Below are positions 51,570-60,793 of a stretch of 64,000 nt of DNA, piece by piece. The notes below the pieces were generated by a model. It did no database searches. It had not been told where the DNA came from and saw only the letters and a list, made by a program, of their open reading frames with translations. Each line of letters begins with the position of its first letter. The first letter of the stretch is position 1. The position numbers and the translations under genes were made by a program. The stretch comes from an uncultured Desulfosarcina sp. (lineage in GTDB: Bacteria; Desulfobacterota; Desulfobacteria; Desulfobacterales; Desulfosarcinaceae): assembly GCA_963674945.2 (NCBI GenBank), contig CAXXWQ010000003.1, positions 512,001 to 576,000 on the forward strand, given 5' to 3'.

Positions 51570-52901
51570 ATGGGCAATTCAAAAATCATCCTGAACGGAC
51601 TGAACCGCCGAGAGTTTCTCGCCATGACCGCCATGGCGGCCGCCGGTGTGGCGACGGGGTGTGCCGTCAATCCCGTATCGGGGAAATCGCAGTTCATGAT
51701 CATGAATGAGAATGAGGAGATCGCCATCGATAAACAGAACGCGCCCCATCAGTTCTCCGCCGATTACGGCAACGCACAGGACCCCAAGCTGCAAGCGTAT
51801 ATCGAAGATGCGGGAAAACGGCTCGTCCCGGTCACCCACCGCACCCACATGCCTTACAATTTCCACTGTGTAAATGCGAACTACGTCAATGCCTACGCCT
51901 TTCCCGGGGGAAGCATCGCCTGTACCCGGGGAATTTTGCTGGAACTCACAAACGAGGCGGAGCTGGCCGCCCTGCTCGGTCATGAACTGGGCCATGTCAA
52001 CGCCCGGCACACCGCGGCCAGCATGTCCAAGGCACAGGTGGCCAGCATCGCCGTGGGAGGACTGGCGATCTTTACGAGTGTCGCCGTGGGCGCGGAGGCG
52101 GGCAACCTTGCCGGCCAATTGGGACAACTCGGTTCGGGCGCCCTGCTGGCATCCTACAGCCGTGACAACGAACGCCAGGCGGATCATCTGGGCATGGAAT
52201 ACATGACCCGGGCCGGTTACGGCCCCCAGGGCATGGTGGGACTCATGGACATGCTCAACAACATGAATCAGCACCAGGCAAGCATGACGCAACTGCTGTT
52301 TGCCACCCACCCCATGTCTTCGGAACGCTACGAAACATCGGTACACCAGGCCAGAAACGACTACAAGAAATTCGATGGCCAACCCATATACAAGGAACGG
52401 TATATGGACAATACCGCCGGCCTGAGAAAAATCAAGGATGCCATTCACAAGATGCAAGACGGTGAAGCGGCTGTGGCCAAAGAGAAATATGAGGAAGCCG
52501 AAACGCTCTTCTCCCAGGCCCTCGGCAAGGCACCCGACGATTATGTGGGGCTTCTGCTCATGGCCAAATGCAAGCTGGCGCAGGAAAAAGATGCGGAGGC
52601 GGGAAAATATGCCTCCGGGGCAAAAAAGGCCTACCCTGCCGAAGCCCAGGCCTACCATATCAGCGGTATTACCAATTTACGGAGCAAGAAGTACGAAGCG
52701 GCCAACCGGGATTTCACCGAGTATGAAAAACGCCTGCCCGGCAATCCCAATATGGTCTTTTACAGGGGACTCTCCTTCGAGGGAATGGAAAAAATCGAAC
52801 CGGCGGCGAGGCAGTACGACAGCTACCTGAAACAGGTCCGGCAGGGAAAACAGGCCCAGTACGCCTACCAGCGGCTGAAGGAGTGGGGGTACGTCAAATA
52901 G
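51570..52901 (+). CDS. M48 family metallopeptidase with TPR repeats (BepA-like), Tat lipoprotein
   Basis: NRREFL twin-arginine motif, ATGC lipobox, NAYAFPGG, HELGH, ERQAD, THP. Confidence 0.9.
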   Translation: MGNSKIILNGLNRREFLAMTAMAAAGVATGCAVNPVSGKSQFMIMNENEEIAIDKQNAPHQFSADYGNAQDPKLQAYIEDAGKRLVPVTHRTHMPYNFHCVNANYVNAYAFPGGSIACTRGILLELTNEAELAALLGHELGHVNARHTAASMSKAQVASIAVGGLAIFTSVAVGAEAGNLAGQLGQLGSGALLASYSRDNERQADHLGMEYMTRAGYGPQGMVGLMDMLNNMNQHQASMTQLLFATHPMSSERYETSVHQARNDYKKFDGQPIYKERYMDNTAGLRKIKDAIHKMQDGEAAVAKEKYEEAETLFSQALGKAPDDYVGLLLMAKCKLAQEKDAEAGKYASGAKKAYPAEAQAYHISGITNLRSKKYEAANRDFTEYEKRLPGNPNMVFYRGLSFEGMEKIEPAARQYDSYLKQVRQGKQAQYAYQRLKEWGYVK

Positions 52902-53386
52902 TGAGGGGCCACAAAGATCGATGGGAACGCCATGTGGTCCTGGTGTCACCCGAAATTCACTGGAACACCGGAAACATCGGCCGTACCTGTTTGGGCGCCG
53001 GTGCGCGGCTGCATCTGATTCGCCCGCTGGGATTTTCCCTGGATAGCCGCCAGGTGAAGCGGGCAGGCCTGGATTATTGGGGACGGGTTCCACTTTCCAT
53101 TTGGGACAGTTTCCATGCATTCCATCTGGCCATGAAACCGTCGGAAGATGAGGTGGTACTGTTTACCAAGACCGGAAACCGTCTTTACTGGCAACTGCCG
53201 AAACACAAGCGACTCTTTCTGGTGTTCGGCTCCGAGACAAAAGGCCTGCCGGAGGCCATTCTCTCACGCTACCCGGATGCCCGTTACCGGATTCCCATCA
53301 CCGATGAGATTCGATCGCTGAATTTGTCGACCGCCGCGGGGATTGCCCTGTATGAAAGTATCCGAAGCTGTGAAAAGAGTGTATGA
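52901..53386 (+). CDS. trmL: tRNA (cytidine(34)-2'-O)-methyltransferase
   Basis: PEIHWNTGNIGRTC, RAGLDYW, FGSETKGLP, RSLNLS. Confidence 0.9.
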   Translation: MRGHKDRWERHVVLVSPEIHWNTGNIGRTCLGAGARLHLIRPLGFSLDSRQVKRAGLDYWGRVPLSIWDSFHAFHLAMKPSEDEVVLFTKTGNRLYWQLPKHKRLFLVFGSETKGLPEAILSRYPDARYRIPITDEIRSLNLSTAAGIALYESIRSCEKSV

Positions 53387-53440
53387 ATAGCTTTCATCAT
53401 ACCGGTATTATTCATTTATTCAACAAGAAGGAGGAACACC

Positions 53441-54172
53441 ATGACAATTCATGCAAGACAACGAAAGCACCGATCCACACATCTTTCGGTTTTGGCGGCC
53501 TGCATCATCGCCGGCGTCTTTCTCGTTCAATGCGGCGGCGGGGATTCGGTTCAAATCATCCAGGAGCCGCTGCCCTATGCGCAGGATGCATTGGAACCCG
53601 TTATCAGTGCGAAAACGCTGGAATATCATTATGGCAAACACTATGCCGGGTATGTCGAGAAGGCCAATTCACTGATCAAGGGCAAGGTCCGGGGCGCGAA
53701 ATCCGTCGAAGATGTGATCCTCCTTGCAGCCGGGGATGATTCCACGGCGTCCATCTTTAACAATGCCGCACAGGCTTACAACCATGCGTTTTTCTTCAAG
53801 TGTCTCAAACCCGAAGGGGGTGGAGTGCCGGAAGGAATGCTCGGTGAAATGATCGCGGCGACCTTCGGTAGCTACGAAAAATTCAAATCGGTTTTTATCA
53901 CAGCCGCCAAGGACCAGTTCGGAAGCGGCTGGGTATGGCTCGTGCTGGATGAAGACGAACTTTCCATCATTGCCACGGCCAATGCGGACACGCCAATCGC
54001 CCACGAACTGACGCCCCTGTTTACCGTGGATGTGTGGGAGCATGCCTACTATCTGGACTACCAGAACCGCAGGACCGATTTCGTCGCAGCCGTATTGGAC
54101 AACCTCGCAAACTGGGATTTTGTTTCGGATCAACTGGAAAAGGCGTTGCCGGCAAAAGAGCGACCTGAATAA
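53441..54172 (+). CDS. sodB: Fe superoxide dismutase with N-terminal export signal
   Basis: LPYAQDALEP, HYGKH, NNAAQAYNH (Fe-type), DVWEHAYY. Confidence 0.9.
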   Translation: MTIHARQRKHRSTHLSVLAACIIAGVFLVQCGGGDSVQIIQEPLPYAQDALEPVISAKTLEYHYGKHYAGYVEKANSLIKGKVRGAKSVEDVILLAAGDDSTASIFNNAAQAYNHAFFFKCLKPEGGGVPEGMLGEMIAATFGSYEKFKSVFITAAKDQFGSGWVWLVLDEDELSIIATANADTPIAHELTPLFTVDVWEHAYYLDYQNRRTDFVAAVLDNLANWDFVSDQLEKALPAKERPE

Positions 54173-54246
54173 AAATCCGGATATAGAAGGCCCGGCGTTG
54201 GACTCCGTGTGGAAGCAAGAATGCGCTGTAATCGGAGGGGAACAGA

Positions 54247-54317
54247 AGGAGTCAGAAGCCAAGTATTCAGCGCCGCCGCCGACCTTTGGCCGGCGGCGGC
54301 GCTGGATTCTGACTCCT
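54247..54317. repeat. nested palindromic element (REP/MITE-like)
   Basis: AGGAGTCAGAA / TTCTGACTCCT outer inverted repeat around a 14-bp perfect stem CAGCGCCGCCGCCG / CGGCGGCGGCGCTG. Confidence 0.65.
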
Positions 54318-54548
54318 GGATTCCCGAAAAAATTATGCGGCATCGCCACTTAGATCGGACCTGTCCCGGGGCAATAGGTTTTATGGACGGAATAAAAATA
54401 TCCATTACGCAGGCGCCACAATAAGAAATTAATTACACACCCATACGATTTCCAACCATATCTCCGACCCGCCACAGACGTTTCTATAAACTTGCAATTT
54501 CAGTACTTTTTCTTCATCACAGCAAAATACGTATAGAAAAAAATGCCG

Positions 54549-54564
54549 TGGCATGATTCATGCT
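54549..54564 (+). promoter_or_regulatory. putative sigma54 promoter
   Basis: TGGCATGATTCATGCT, GG-N10-GC spacing. Confidence 0.55.
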
Positions 54565-54656
54565 TGATGAGATCGTCCATGGATACTGAAGAGGTTTAAA
54601 TAATTAGGATAAACGGTGATTATGGCAAAATTGCATAGATGGAACAGGAGACCTCG

Positions 54657-54845
54657 ATGAAGAAGAAGCCGCTATTTCCCAAGCATGCCACCTGTGTGAG
54701 TCAAACCGACTTCTTGCGCAATTTTCGTTGTCGACACTATGATTCCTGCATGGCAAAAGCCACCATTCAGAACTGTTTCCTAAGTTGTGTGCTTTGTGGG
54801 TTTCGATTTTATCGGGGGGGAGAAATTATTGAACCAGTCGTCTGA
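54657..54845 (+). CDS. small Cys-rich protein (62 aa)
   Basis: AGGAG RBS; RNFRCRHYDSC...SCVLC. Confidence 0.6.
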   Translation: MKKKPLFPKHATCVSQTDFLRNFRCRHYDSCMAKATIQNCFLSCVLCGFRFYRGGEIIEPVV

Positions 54846-55410
54846 TCAAACCAAAGATCGATGATCGCCGTTTTTGCATAAACGTGTCGTCGGTATGTTT
54901 TGCAACGAGATCGGGTCTGCGCTCCAGAACCAAACGGGCCGCCATCTCGGTCGCCTGGGCCGTTAATTGGGCACATTGCCGGAAATGGGCCTTCCTGTCG
55001 TGCCGGACCTTCCGGGTGAGTGCCCGGCAGCAGGTGGCGCCATTGGCAACTTTGAATTCATCATGCAACCTTCTGGCGCTTTGGCGCATGGCGCTTCGGT
55101 GCCCATGACGATGCTCCTTTCCCAGTAACAGTCCGGAGGCCATTACAGCACCGCTCAATGCGCCACAAAGGCAACCGCTTTCGCCCATGGCGGCGCTAAA
55201 GGGTGCCGCCATGGCGATGGCCTGGGTATCGGTGAGCCCTCCGTCCAGGCCCTGGTTGATTGCCGACAGTACCGCTTCGGTGCAAAGCATCTGCTTGGTC
55301 TGATATAAGTGAAAGGCATGATCCCTGATACGACGAATCAGTTCTTCGGTCTTCTCCGGCAGCGCTTTTTCGTTGCCATTGATTGATCTTTTCACGGTAT
55401 GTCCATCCAT
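54826..55410 (-). CDS. C-GCAxxG-C-C family redox protein
   Basis: CTEAV, GCLCGALSG, TCCR and a further Cys; start uncertain. Confidence 0.88.
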   Translation of the reverse strand: MDGHTVKRSINGNEKALPEKTEELIRRIRDHAFHLYQTKQMLCTEAVLSAINQGLDGGLTDTQAIAMAAPFSAAMGESGCLCGALSGAVMASGLLLGKEHRHGHRSAMRQSARRLHDEFKVANGATCCRALTRKVRHDRKAHFRQCAQLTAQATEMAARLVLERRPDLVAKHTDDTFMQKRRSSIFGLIRRLVQ

Positions 55411-55704
55411 TCGATGTTCAATTCCATATGAGCGAACAGCGCATTGCCAAAGGCTGACCGCCCGGATTGGATCACAATAACCATTTGTTCACCGTTGTCC
55501 ATGAACTTCGTACACTCCTCGGTGGCCACGGGGTTGCAGTCGCCCCACTGTTATAGAAAATATCCCGCCACGCTCGATTCCCCGGCATTCATCCACGCAT
55601 CCTCATCGTAAATGACGCCGCCCTATTTGCATAGATACTTTCAATAATAACGAATCAATCGATCCAAATAATCAATTTGATATAATGCCAATAACTAAAG
55701 TAAT

Positions 55705-55860
55705 TGATGAATTTGTAGGAAGCCGGATTTCGGACGGCTTCGTAAAAAGTTCGAGATCAAGGCTTGCGAGCCCTTAAGGAATGAGGCGTATGGTTGGATA
55801 CGTCGCAGTGACGAGGGGTGAAGCCTAACGCCGATATCGGACTTTTTACGAAGCCGTCAA
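55705..55860. mobile_element. non-autonomous MITE-like element
   Basis: 18-bp perfect inverted repeat GACGGCTTCGTAAAAAGT (55733-55750) / ACTTTTTACGAAGCCGTC (55841-55858); AAAGTAATTGA direct repeat at 55697 and 55859. Confidence 0.75.
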
Positions 55861-55977
55861 AGTAATTGAGTTCGGAATAATTGTGAACGATATGCAGCAT
55901 GCGGATCAGACCGTTGGCCGTCCCTTTTGTGTAAGGGCTAAAATTGAAGTGCAAATGGGAAAGGAGGACGTACGCGT

Positions 55978-57060
55978 ATGAAAAATTTTTTTGCCAGCCG
56001 CTGGGGTATCATCAGCGTCGGCGCGATTATCGGTATTCTGGCCGCTTTTTTACAGAAGTTGGGCAATCCCGGGAACATGGGCATCTGCGTAGCCTGTTTC
56101 GAACGCGACATTGCCGGCGCCCTGGGTCTGCACCGGGCCGCCGTGGTACAATACATCCGTCCTGAAATTATCGGGTTCGTAATCGGTTCGATGATCGCCG
56201 CCTATATGTTCAAGGAGTTCCGGCCCCGGGTGGGTTCGGCTCCCATCGTCCGCTTCATTCTGGGCGCCTTTGCCATGATCGGGGCACTGGTCTTTCTCGG
56301 ATGTCCATGGCGGGCGGTGTTGCGACTGGCCGGCGGAGACGGAAACGCCATCTTCGGGTTGCTGGGTCTGACCTTCGGCATCTGGATCGGCACACTTTTT
56401 CTTAAAAATGGCTACAACCTGGGCCGCACCCAGAGCACCCACACCACGGTGGGATGGATGCTGCCCTTGATCATGCTGGGTTTTCTGATTCTCATGCTGA
56501 TTTATCCCCAGATCGAGGGCCAAGATAAAAGCGGCGTTCTTTTTTACAGCCTCAAGGGACCCGGCGCCATGCACGCCCCGCTCATTATTGCCCTGATCGT
56601 GGGATTGGGTATCGGATTTCTGGCCCAGCGCAGCCGGTTCTGCACCATGGGCGCCATCCGGGATCTTGTATTGTTCGGCCAGATTCACCTGCTGACCGGA
56701 TTCATCAGCCTGGTGGTTTTCGCTTTCCTGACGAACCTGGCCCTGGGTCAGTTCCATCCGGGCTTTGCCGGTCAACCCGTGGCCCATACCATGCAAGTCT
56801 GGAACTTCTCCGGAATGGTCCTGGCCGGTCTGGCCTTCGCCCTTGCCGGCGGTTGCCCCGGCCGACAGTTGTTTCTCTCCGGTGAAGGCGACGGTGATGC
56901 CGCGGTATTTGTGATGGGCATGATCGTCGGAGCCGGGTTCGCCCACAATTTCGGGCTGGCCAGTTCTCCCAAGGGCGTCGGCCCCCATGGCATCGCCGCC
57001 GTGGTTGTCGGACTGGTCGTATGCCTGTTCATTGGATTTACCATGCGGAAAAAGGCGTAA
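55978..57060 (+). CDS. yedE: YedE family putative selenium/sulfur transporter
   Basis: GNPGNMGICVACFERDIAGALG, YIRPE, LGCP, QRSRFC, GGCP. Confidence 0.92.
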   Translation: MKNFFASRWGIISVGAIIGILAAFLQKLGNPGNMGICVACFERDIAGALGLHRAAVVQYIRPEIIGFVIGSMIAAYMFKEFRPRVGSAPIVRFILGAFAMIGALVFLGCPWRAVLRLAGGDGNAIFGLLGLTFGIWIGTLFLKNGYNLGRTQSTHTTVGWMLPLIMLGFLILMLIYPQIEGQDKSGVLFYSLKGPGAMHAPLIIALIVGLGIGFLAQRSRFCTMGAIRDLVLFGQIHLLTGFISLVVFAFLTNLALGQFHPGFAGQPVAHTMQVWNFSGMVLAGLAFALAGGCPGRQLFLSGEGDGDAAVFVMGMIVGAGFAHNFGLASSPKGVGPHGIAAVVVGLVVCLFIGFTMRKKA

Positions 57061-57071
57061 GGAGAATAATC

Positions 57072-57290
57072 ATGAGCACAACGATCGATGCACGCGGATT
57101 ATCGTGCCCGCAACCGGTACTGATGACCCTGGACGAGATCAAAAAGGGCAGTGAATCGGAAATCGTCGTCCTGGTGGACACGGACACCTCCAAGGAAAAT
57201 GTGTCCCGCGCCGCCCAAAGCCAGGGGTGCACCGTTACTAGCGTAGAGCCGGACGGCGATGGCTATCGGGTTCTGATTGCCAGGGCCTAA
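57072..57290 (+). CDS. TusA/YedF family sulfur(selenium) carrier
   Basis: IDARGLSCPQPV. Confidence 0.9.
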   Translation: MSTTIDARGLSCPQPVLMTLDEIKKGSESEIVVLVDTDTSKENVSRAAQSQGCTVTSVEPDGDGYRVLIARA

Positions 57291-57326
57291 AACAGGCGTT
57301 TCACCTTTCTTGAGAAAAACTGTAAG

Positions 57327-57884
57327 ATGGGATTTTTCAATTTTTTAGATCGCACCATCAAAAAAACGAAACCGGCGGTGGTCCATCAGGAAGACCGGGG
57401 CTTTCTGGTATTTGAAAACACCAGCGAAGTCATCCAGGCCGAAAACCTGCTCAAACAGGAGGGATGGACCGTCCAGGTGATGGGACCACCGCCGGAGATC
57501 CACTCGGGATGCGATCTGGTGATCACCTTCCCCCTGATCGAGGAACTGAATATCCTGCGGCTGCTCGACAAAAACCGCCTTCCGCCCCTGTCGGTTGTAC
57601 CGGTCACCGGTCCATTGCTCGAACCGGTCGGCATTTACCAGGTCAAGGACTTCGGCGAATATCTTATGGTACGCGCGGCCAACATGAAGCTGGTGGTTGA
57701 GAAAAAAAACCGTAAAATTGTCAATGTTTCCGGCGGCGGCTGCCCGGATGTACCCTATCTGGCGCATAAGATGGTCGGCAAAACGATCGATGAAGCACCC
57801 CGACCCCGCGAGATCGGCCACACCCTGTGCGGCTATGCCCTGGAACTGGCGTTCGAGGAGATACTGGTTCGATGCGCGCCGTAG
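57327..57884 (+). CDS. DUF3343 domain protein with Cys-containing C-terminal extension
   Basis: FENTSEVIQAE, PPEIHSGCDL, SGGGCPDVP, TLCGY. Confidence 0.8.
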   Translation: MGFFNFLDRTIKKTKPAVVHQEDRGFLVFENTSEVIQAENLLKQEGWTVQVMGPPPEIHSGCDLVITFPLIEELNILRLLDKNRLPPLSVVPVTGPLLEPVGIYQVKDFGEYLMVRAANMKLVVEKKNRKIVNVSGGGCPDVPYLAHKMVGKTIDEAPRPREIGHTLCGYALELAFEEILVRCAP

Positions 57885-58729
57885 TCGGAACCGTACCGTT
57901 CGAGGATTTTCCCCTCACCGTGGGCGAAGTTTCCCTCTCCGGCCAGGACCTGCACATCGGCGGACACACCATACCCGTCAACCGCGGCACGCCTGCCCTG
58001 CTGGCGGCAATGGTCCGGGCATTGGAAGTGATCGGCAACGGAAAGGTTACCGGTTTTCTCGTCGGAGACATCGGCCTGGGAAAGGGCAGCCGGCGACTGT
58101 ATGAAATGTTGGCCCGCGATCTGGGCGGATACGACCTTGAGAGTCTGACCTTCCACTACCTACAGCCGGATGTGGACTGGCACAATCGGGTACTCTTTGC
58201 TGTGGACGAAATGCCGCGGCGACCGCTGCTGATCGCCGACGCCGGGTTCATGTACGCGGCCAAGATGAGCGGTAGCGCACCCGAATACGATCTGTTTACG
58301 CCGGATGCGGGTGAGTTGGCCTTTCTGGCCGACGAAGCGGCCCCCCACCCTTTTTACACCCGCGGCTTCATTCTGCACGATGAAAACAAGGTCCCCGATC
58401 TGATTCGCCGGGCCTATTCACACGACAATGCGGCCCGCCATCTGCTGGTCAAGGGAGAAATCGACCGTTTGGCAGATCGTTCGGGCATTTTGAAAAGCGT
58501 CGACGGGCCGTCCGTGGACGCCATGGAAGCCATGGGCGGCACCGGCGACACGCTGACCGGGCTGGCCGCCGCGTTGATTGGTACCAACGGTCTTTCCCTG
58601 TCCGAAGCAGTCATCGCAGCGGCGCGGATTAACCGCGAGGCCGGCGCGTTGGCCAATTTGAGCCCGGCCAGCCAGGTCGCCGATCTGATCCGTTATTTTT
58701 CCCACGCCATGGAAAAAGTCCTGGGATAG
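57872..58729 (+). CDS. ribokinase-fold / NAD(P)HX dehydratase-like kinase
   Basis: IADAG, FTPDAGE, LLVKG, GGTGDTL anion hole. Confidence 0.8.
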   Translation: MRAVVGTVPFEDFPLTVGEVSLSGQDLHIGGHTIPVNRGTPALLAAMVRALEVIGNGKVTGFLVGDIGLGKGSRRLYEMLARDLGGYDLESLTFHYLQPDVDWHNRVLFAVDEMPRRPLLIADAGFMYAAKMSGSAPEYDLFTPDAGELAFLADEAAPHPFYTRGFILHDENKVPDLIRRAYSHDNAARHLLVKGEIDRLADRSGILKSVDGPSVDAMEAMGGTGDTLTGLAAALIGTNGLSLSEAVIAAARINREAGALANLSPASQVADLIRYFSHAMEKVLG

Positions 58730-58735
58730 TTTGCT

Positions 58736-60658
58736 TCACGATTTCGGTTGCCGCAACACGCGTTTATCGCCCCTTCGGGTGGTAAACCCGATTTCATCAA
58801 GGTAATCGAAAACATGAACACAACCCCATCGACCATACCCCAGAATGGCCTTGCAATCGGACAGTCTGACACACCCCTTTTCATGGATGAACTGCTCGAC
58901 ACGGTCCTTGATGTCGTCGAGAGCATCGAGGGACAGGAAACGCTGGTCATTGAGCCGGATCAACTTCTTCCGGTTGTCGAGGTAATTGAGAAGTTTTTGT
59001 ATCGTCTCTTTTTCGTGGATCCTGTTGTGTTTTTTCCAGAAGGTATCGGCGCTGAAGGGGTTCAGACCCGACACTTTGGCGAAGTCCAGCAATTGATTCA
59101 GCAGTTGATCCTGGTCCGCAGACAGGTTTGCCGCCCCTTGTCCGGGCACATACCCACCACCGATCTTCTCCAGTTTCCCCCCCAGACAAAGGGATTCCAC
59201 CAGTTGAACAAAGAGAAAATCGTCCATGGAGTCATCGAGCAGATTCATCAATTCGATCCGGTTGATGTTTTTTTTCAGCGGGTTTTCACGGAATACCGAT
59301 TCGATGACACGAAGCATTTTCTTTCTGATCCGCTCGAATTTCTCCTTTGGATAGGCTCCATGGCGCTTGAGGTAGACAAAAGCCCCGGACTGTACACGGG
59401 CACTGATCTGGACCTGGAACGCTTTCTGGGAAAGACCGGTTATTTGGGACAAGGTACGGGCATCGGTGTAGGTTTCGACGACCGCGTCGAAATAGGTGTC
59501 GACGAAGCCGGCGATGTCTCCGGTTCGAAGCGCCTCCAGATAAGGGAGGATACGCTGCTTCTTGGCCTGACGGAACTTTTCCGATGGAATTTCCAGTACC
59601 TTGCCACCGCCTAAGACCATGGGCAAATTCATGGCCACAATCACGAACCGGTCCCTTGGAAAAACAAAAAGCGGCCGTTGCAACCGAAACTGCGTCAGGG
59701 CCCGGTCACCGGGATCGAGCCGCGCCTTTTCCATGAGCACGACCATGGCGCCCACGACGGCAGTACCGATATACAGCTTCACCCGCTGTCGATTCTTGAG
59801 TCCGAAGACCGCAGATGGAATAAGGTGCAGGTCGACATTTAACAGGTAGCCACCCTCTCCTGCGTCCAAAGCGGCCACCAGCATTCCTCTTTTCAAGGAT
59901 CCGGCAGGCACATTGTGCAGATTCAAACCCACCCGCTGACCGGCAAAAACCTCTTTAACGGGCTGATTGTGGGATTCCATGGATCGGATCCGTGTAAAGA
60001 TCCTTCCGGGTTGAACCAACACCGTGTCGTTGACGGCAGCCGAACCCGAAGCCACGGTGCCGCTCACCACCGTCCCCAATCCAACGATGCGCTTGATGCG
60101 GTCGATCCAGAGCCGAAAGTCTCCGCCGCCATCTTTTTTCGGTAGCGATCGCACCTGTGCTTCCAGGAAGTCAAGAATTTCGGTGACACCTTGACCGGTC
60201 TTTGTGGAGAATCGAACAACGGGTCGACCATGGAGAAAAGAATCGGGGAGAATTTCCTGCAGTTCCAACTCAGCGAGGTCGAGTGTCTCCTCATCCACCA
60301 GATCGGCCTTGGTGAGGACGCAAACGCCTCCTCTGGCACCGAAAAACTTTAAAATTTCCAAATGCTCCCGGCTCTGGGGCATGACGCCGTCGTCGGCGGC
60401 GATCACGAAAATAGCCAGATCGACACCACTCAATCCGCGAATGGTATTTTTCAGATAATCGGTATGCCCGGGTACGTCCACCAGGGCGACCTGCCGTCCG
60501 CTGGGAAGAACCAGCGGCGCCACGCCGGACTCGATGGAGAGTCCACGCTCTTTTTCCACCTTCATGCGGTCGGTGTCGATGCCGCTCAGGGCCTTGACCA
60601 ACGATGTCTTTCCATGGTCGACGTGGCCGGCGACACCGATGGTGATTCCCTTTTCCAT
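58736..60658 (-). CDS. selB: SelB-family elongation factor, divergent (probable SelB*)
   Basis: GHVDHGKT, DVPGH, TKAD, IDR, GQR and a winged-helix C-terminus; atypical ESGVAP, DRIKR and GRWG motifs. Confidence 0.92.
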   Translation of the reverse strand: MEKGITIGVAGHVDHGKTSLVKALSGIDTDRMKVEKERGLSIESGVAPLVLPSGRQVALVDVPGHTDYLKNTIRGLSGVDLAIFVIAADDGVMPQSREHLEILKFFGARGGVCVLTKADLVDEETLDLAELELQEILPDSFLHGRPVVRFSTKTGQGVTEILDFLEAQVRSLPKKDGGGDFRLWIDRIKRIVGLGTVVSGTVASGSAAVNDTVLVQPGRIFTRIRSMESHNQPVKEVFAGQRVGLNLHNVPAGSLKRGMLVAALDAGEGGYLLNVDLHLIPSAVFGLKNRQRVKLYIGTAVVGAMVVLMEKARLDPGDRALTQFRLQRPLFVFPRDRFVIVAMNLPMVLGGGKVLEIPSEKFRQAKKQRILPYLEALRTGDIAGFVDTYFDAVVETYTDARTLSQITGLSQKAFQVQISARVQSGAFVYLKRHGAYPKEKFERIRKKMLRVIESVFRENPLKKNINRIELMNLLDDSMDDFLFVQLVESLCLGGKLEKIGGGYVPGQGAANLSADQDQLLNQLLDFAKVSGLNPFSADTFWKKHNRIHEKETIQKLLNYLDNRKKLIRLNDQRFLSLDALDDIKDRVEQFIHEKGCVRLSDCKAILGYGRWGCVHVFDYLDEIGFTTRRGDKRVLRQPKS

Positions 60659-60701
60659 GATCGAAATCCTTACCGCTGGGTCATGACGTTTGTATTCGTG
60701 A

Positions 60702-60793
60702 TGGAAGGGGCAAGGGGAATCGAACCTCCTCCCCGCTTTTCAGACGAGGCCAGCGGTTTTGAAGACCGTGGGGTGCCCAGCACCATTGCCCCT
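60702..60793 (-). tRNA. UCA-anticodon tRNA with 8/4 fold, A1:U72 and U73; probable SelC* tRNA-Cys(UCA) rather than canonical tRNA-Sec
   Basis: AGGGGCAA/UUGCCCCU acceptor stem, then U-CCA; D-arm GGUGC-UGG-GCACC; anticodon loop CUUCAAA; long variable arm; T-arm GG(A)GG-UUCGAUU-CCCC. Confidence 0.88.

Noticed and set aside
60702..60793. Canonical tRNA-Sec (selC) call
   Set aside because: U73, A1:U72 and the bulged 4-bp T-stem do not fit the 8/5, G73 tRNA-Sec pattern.
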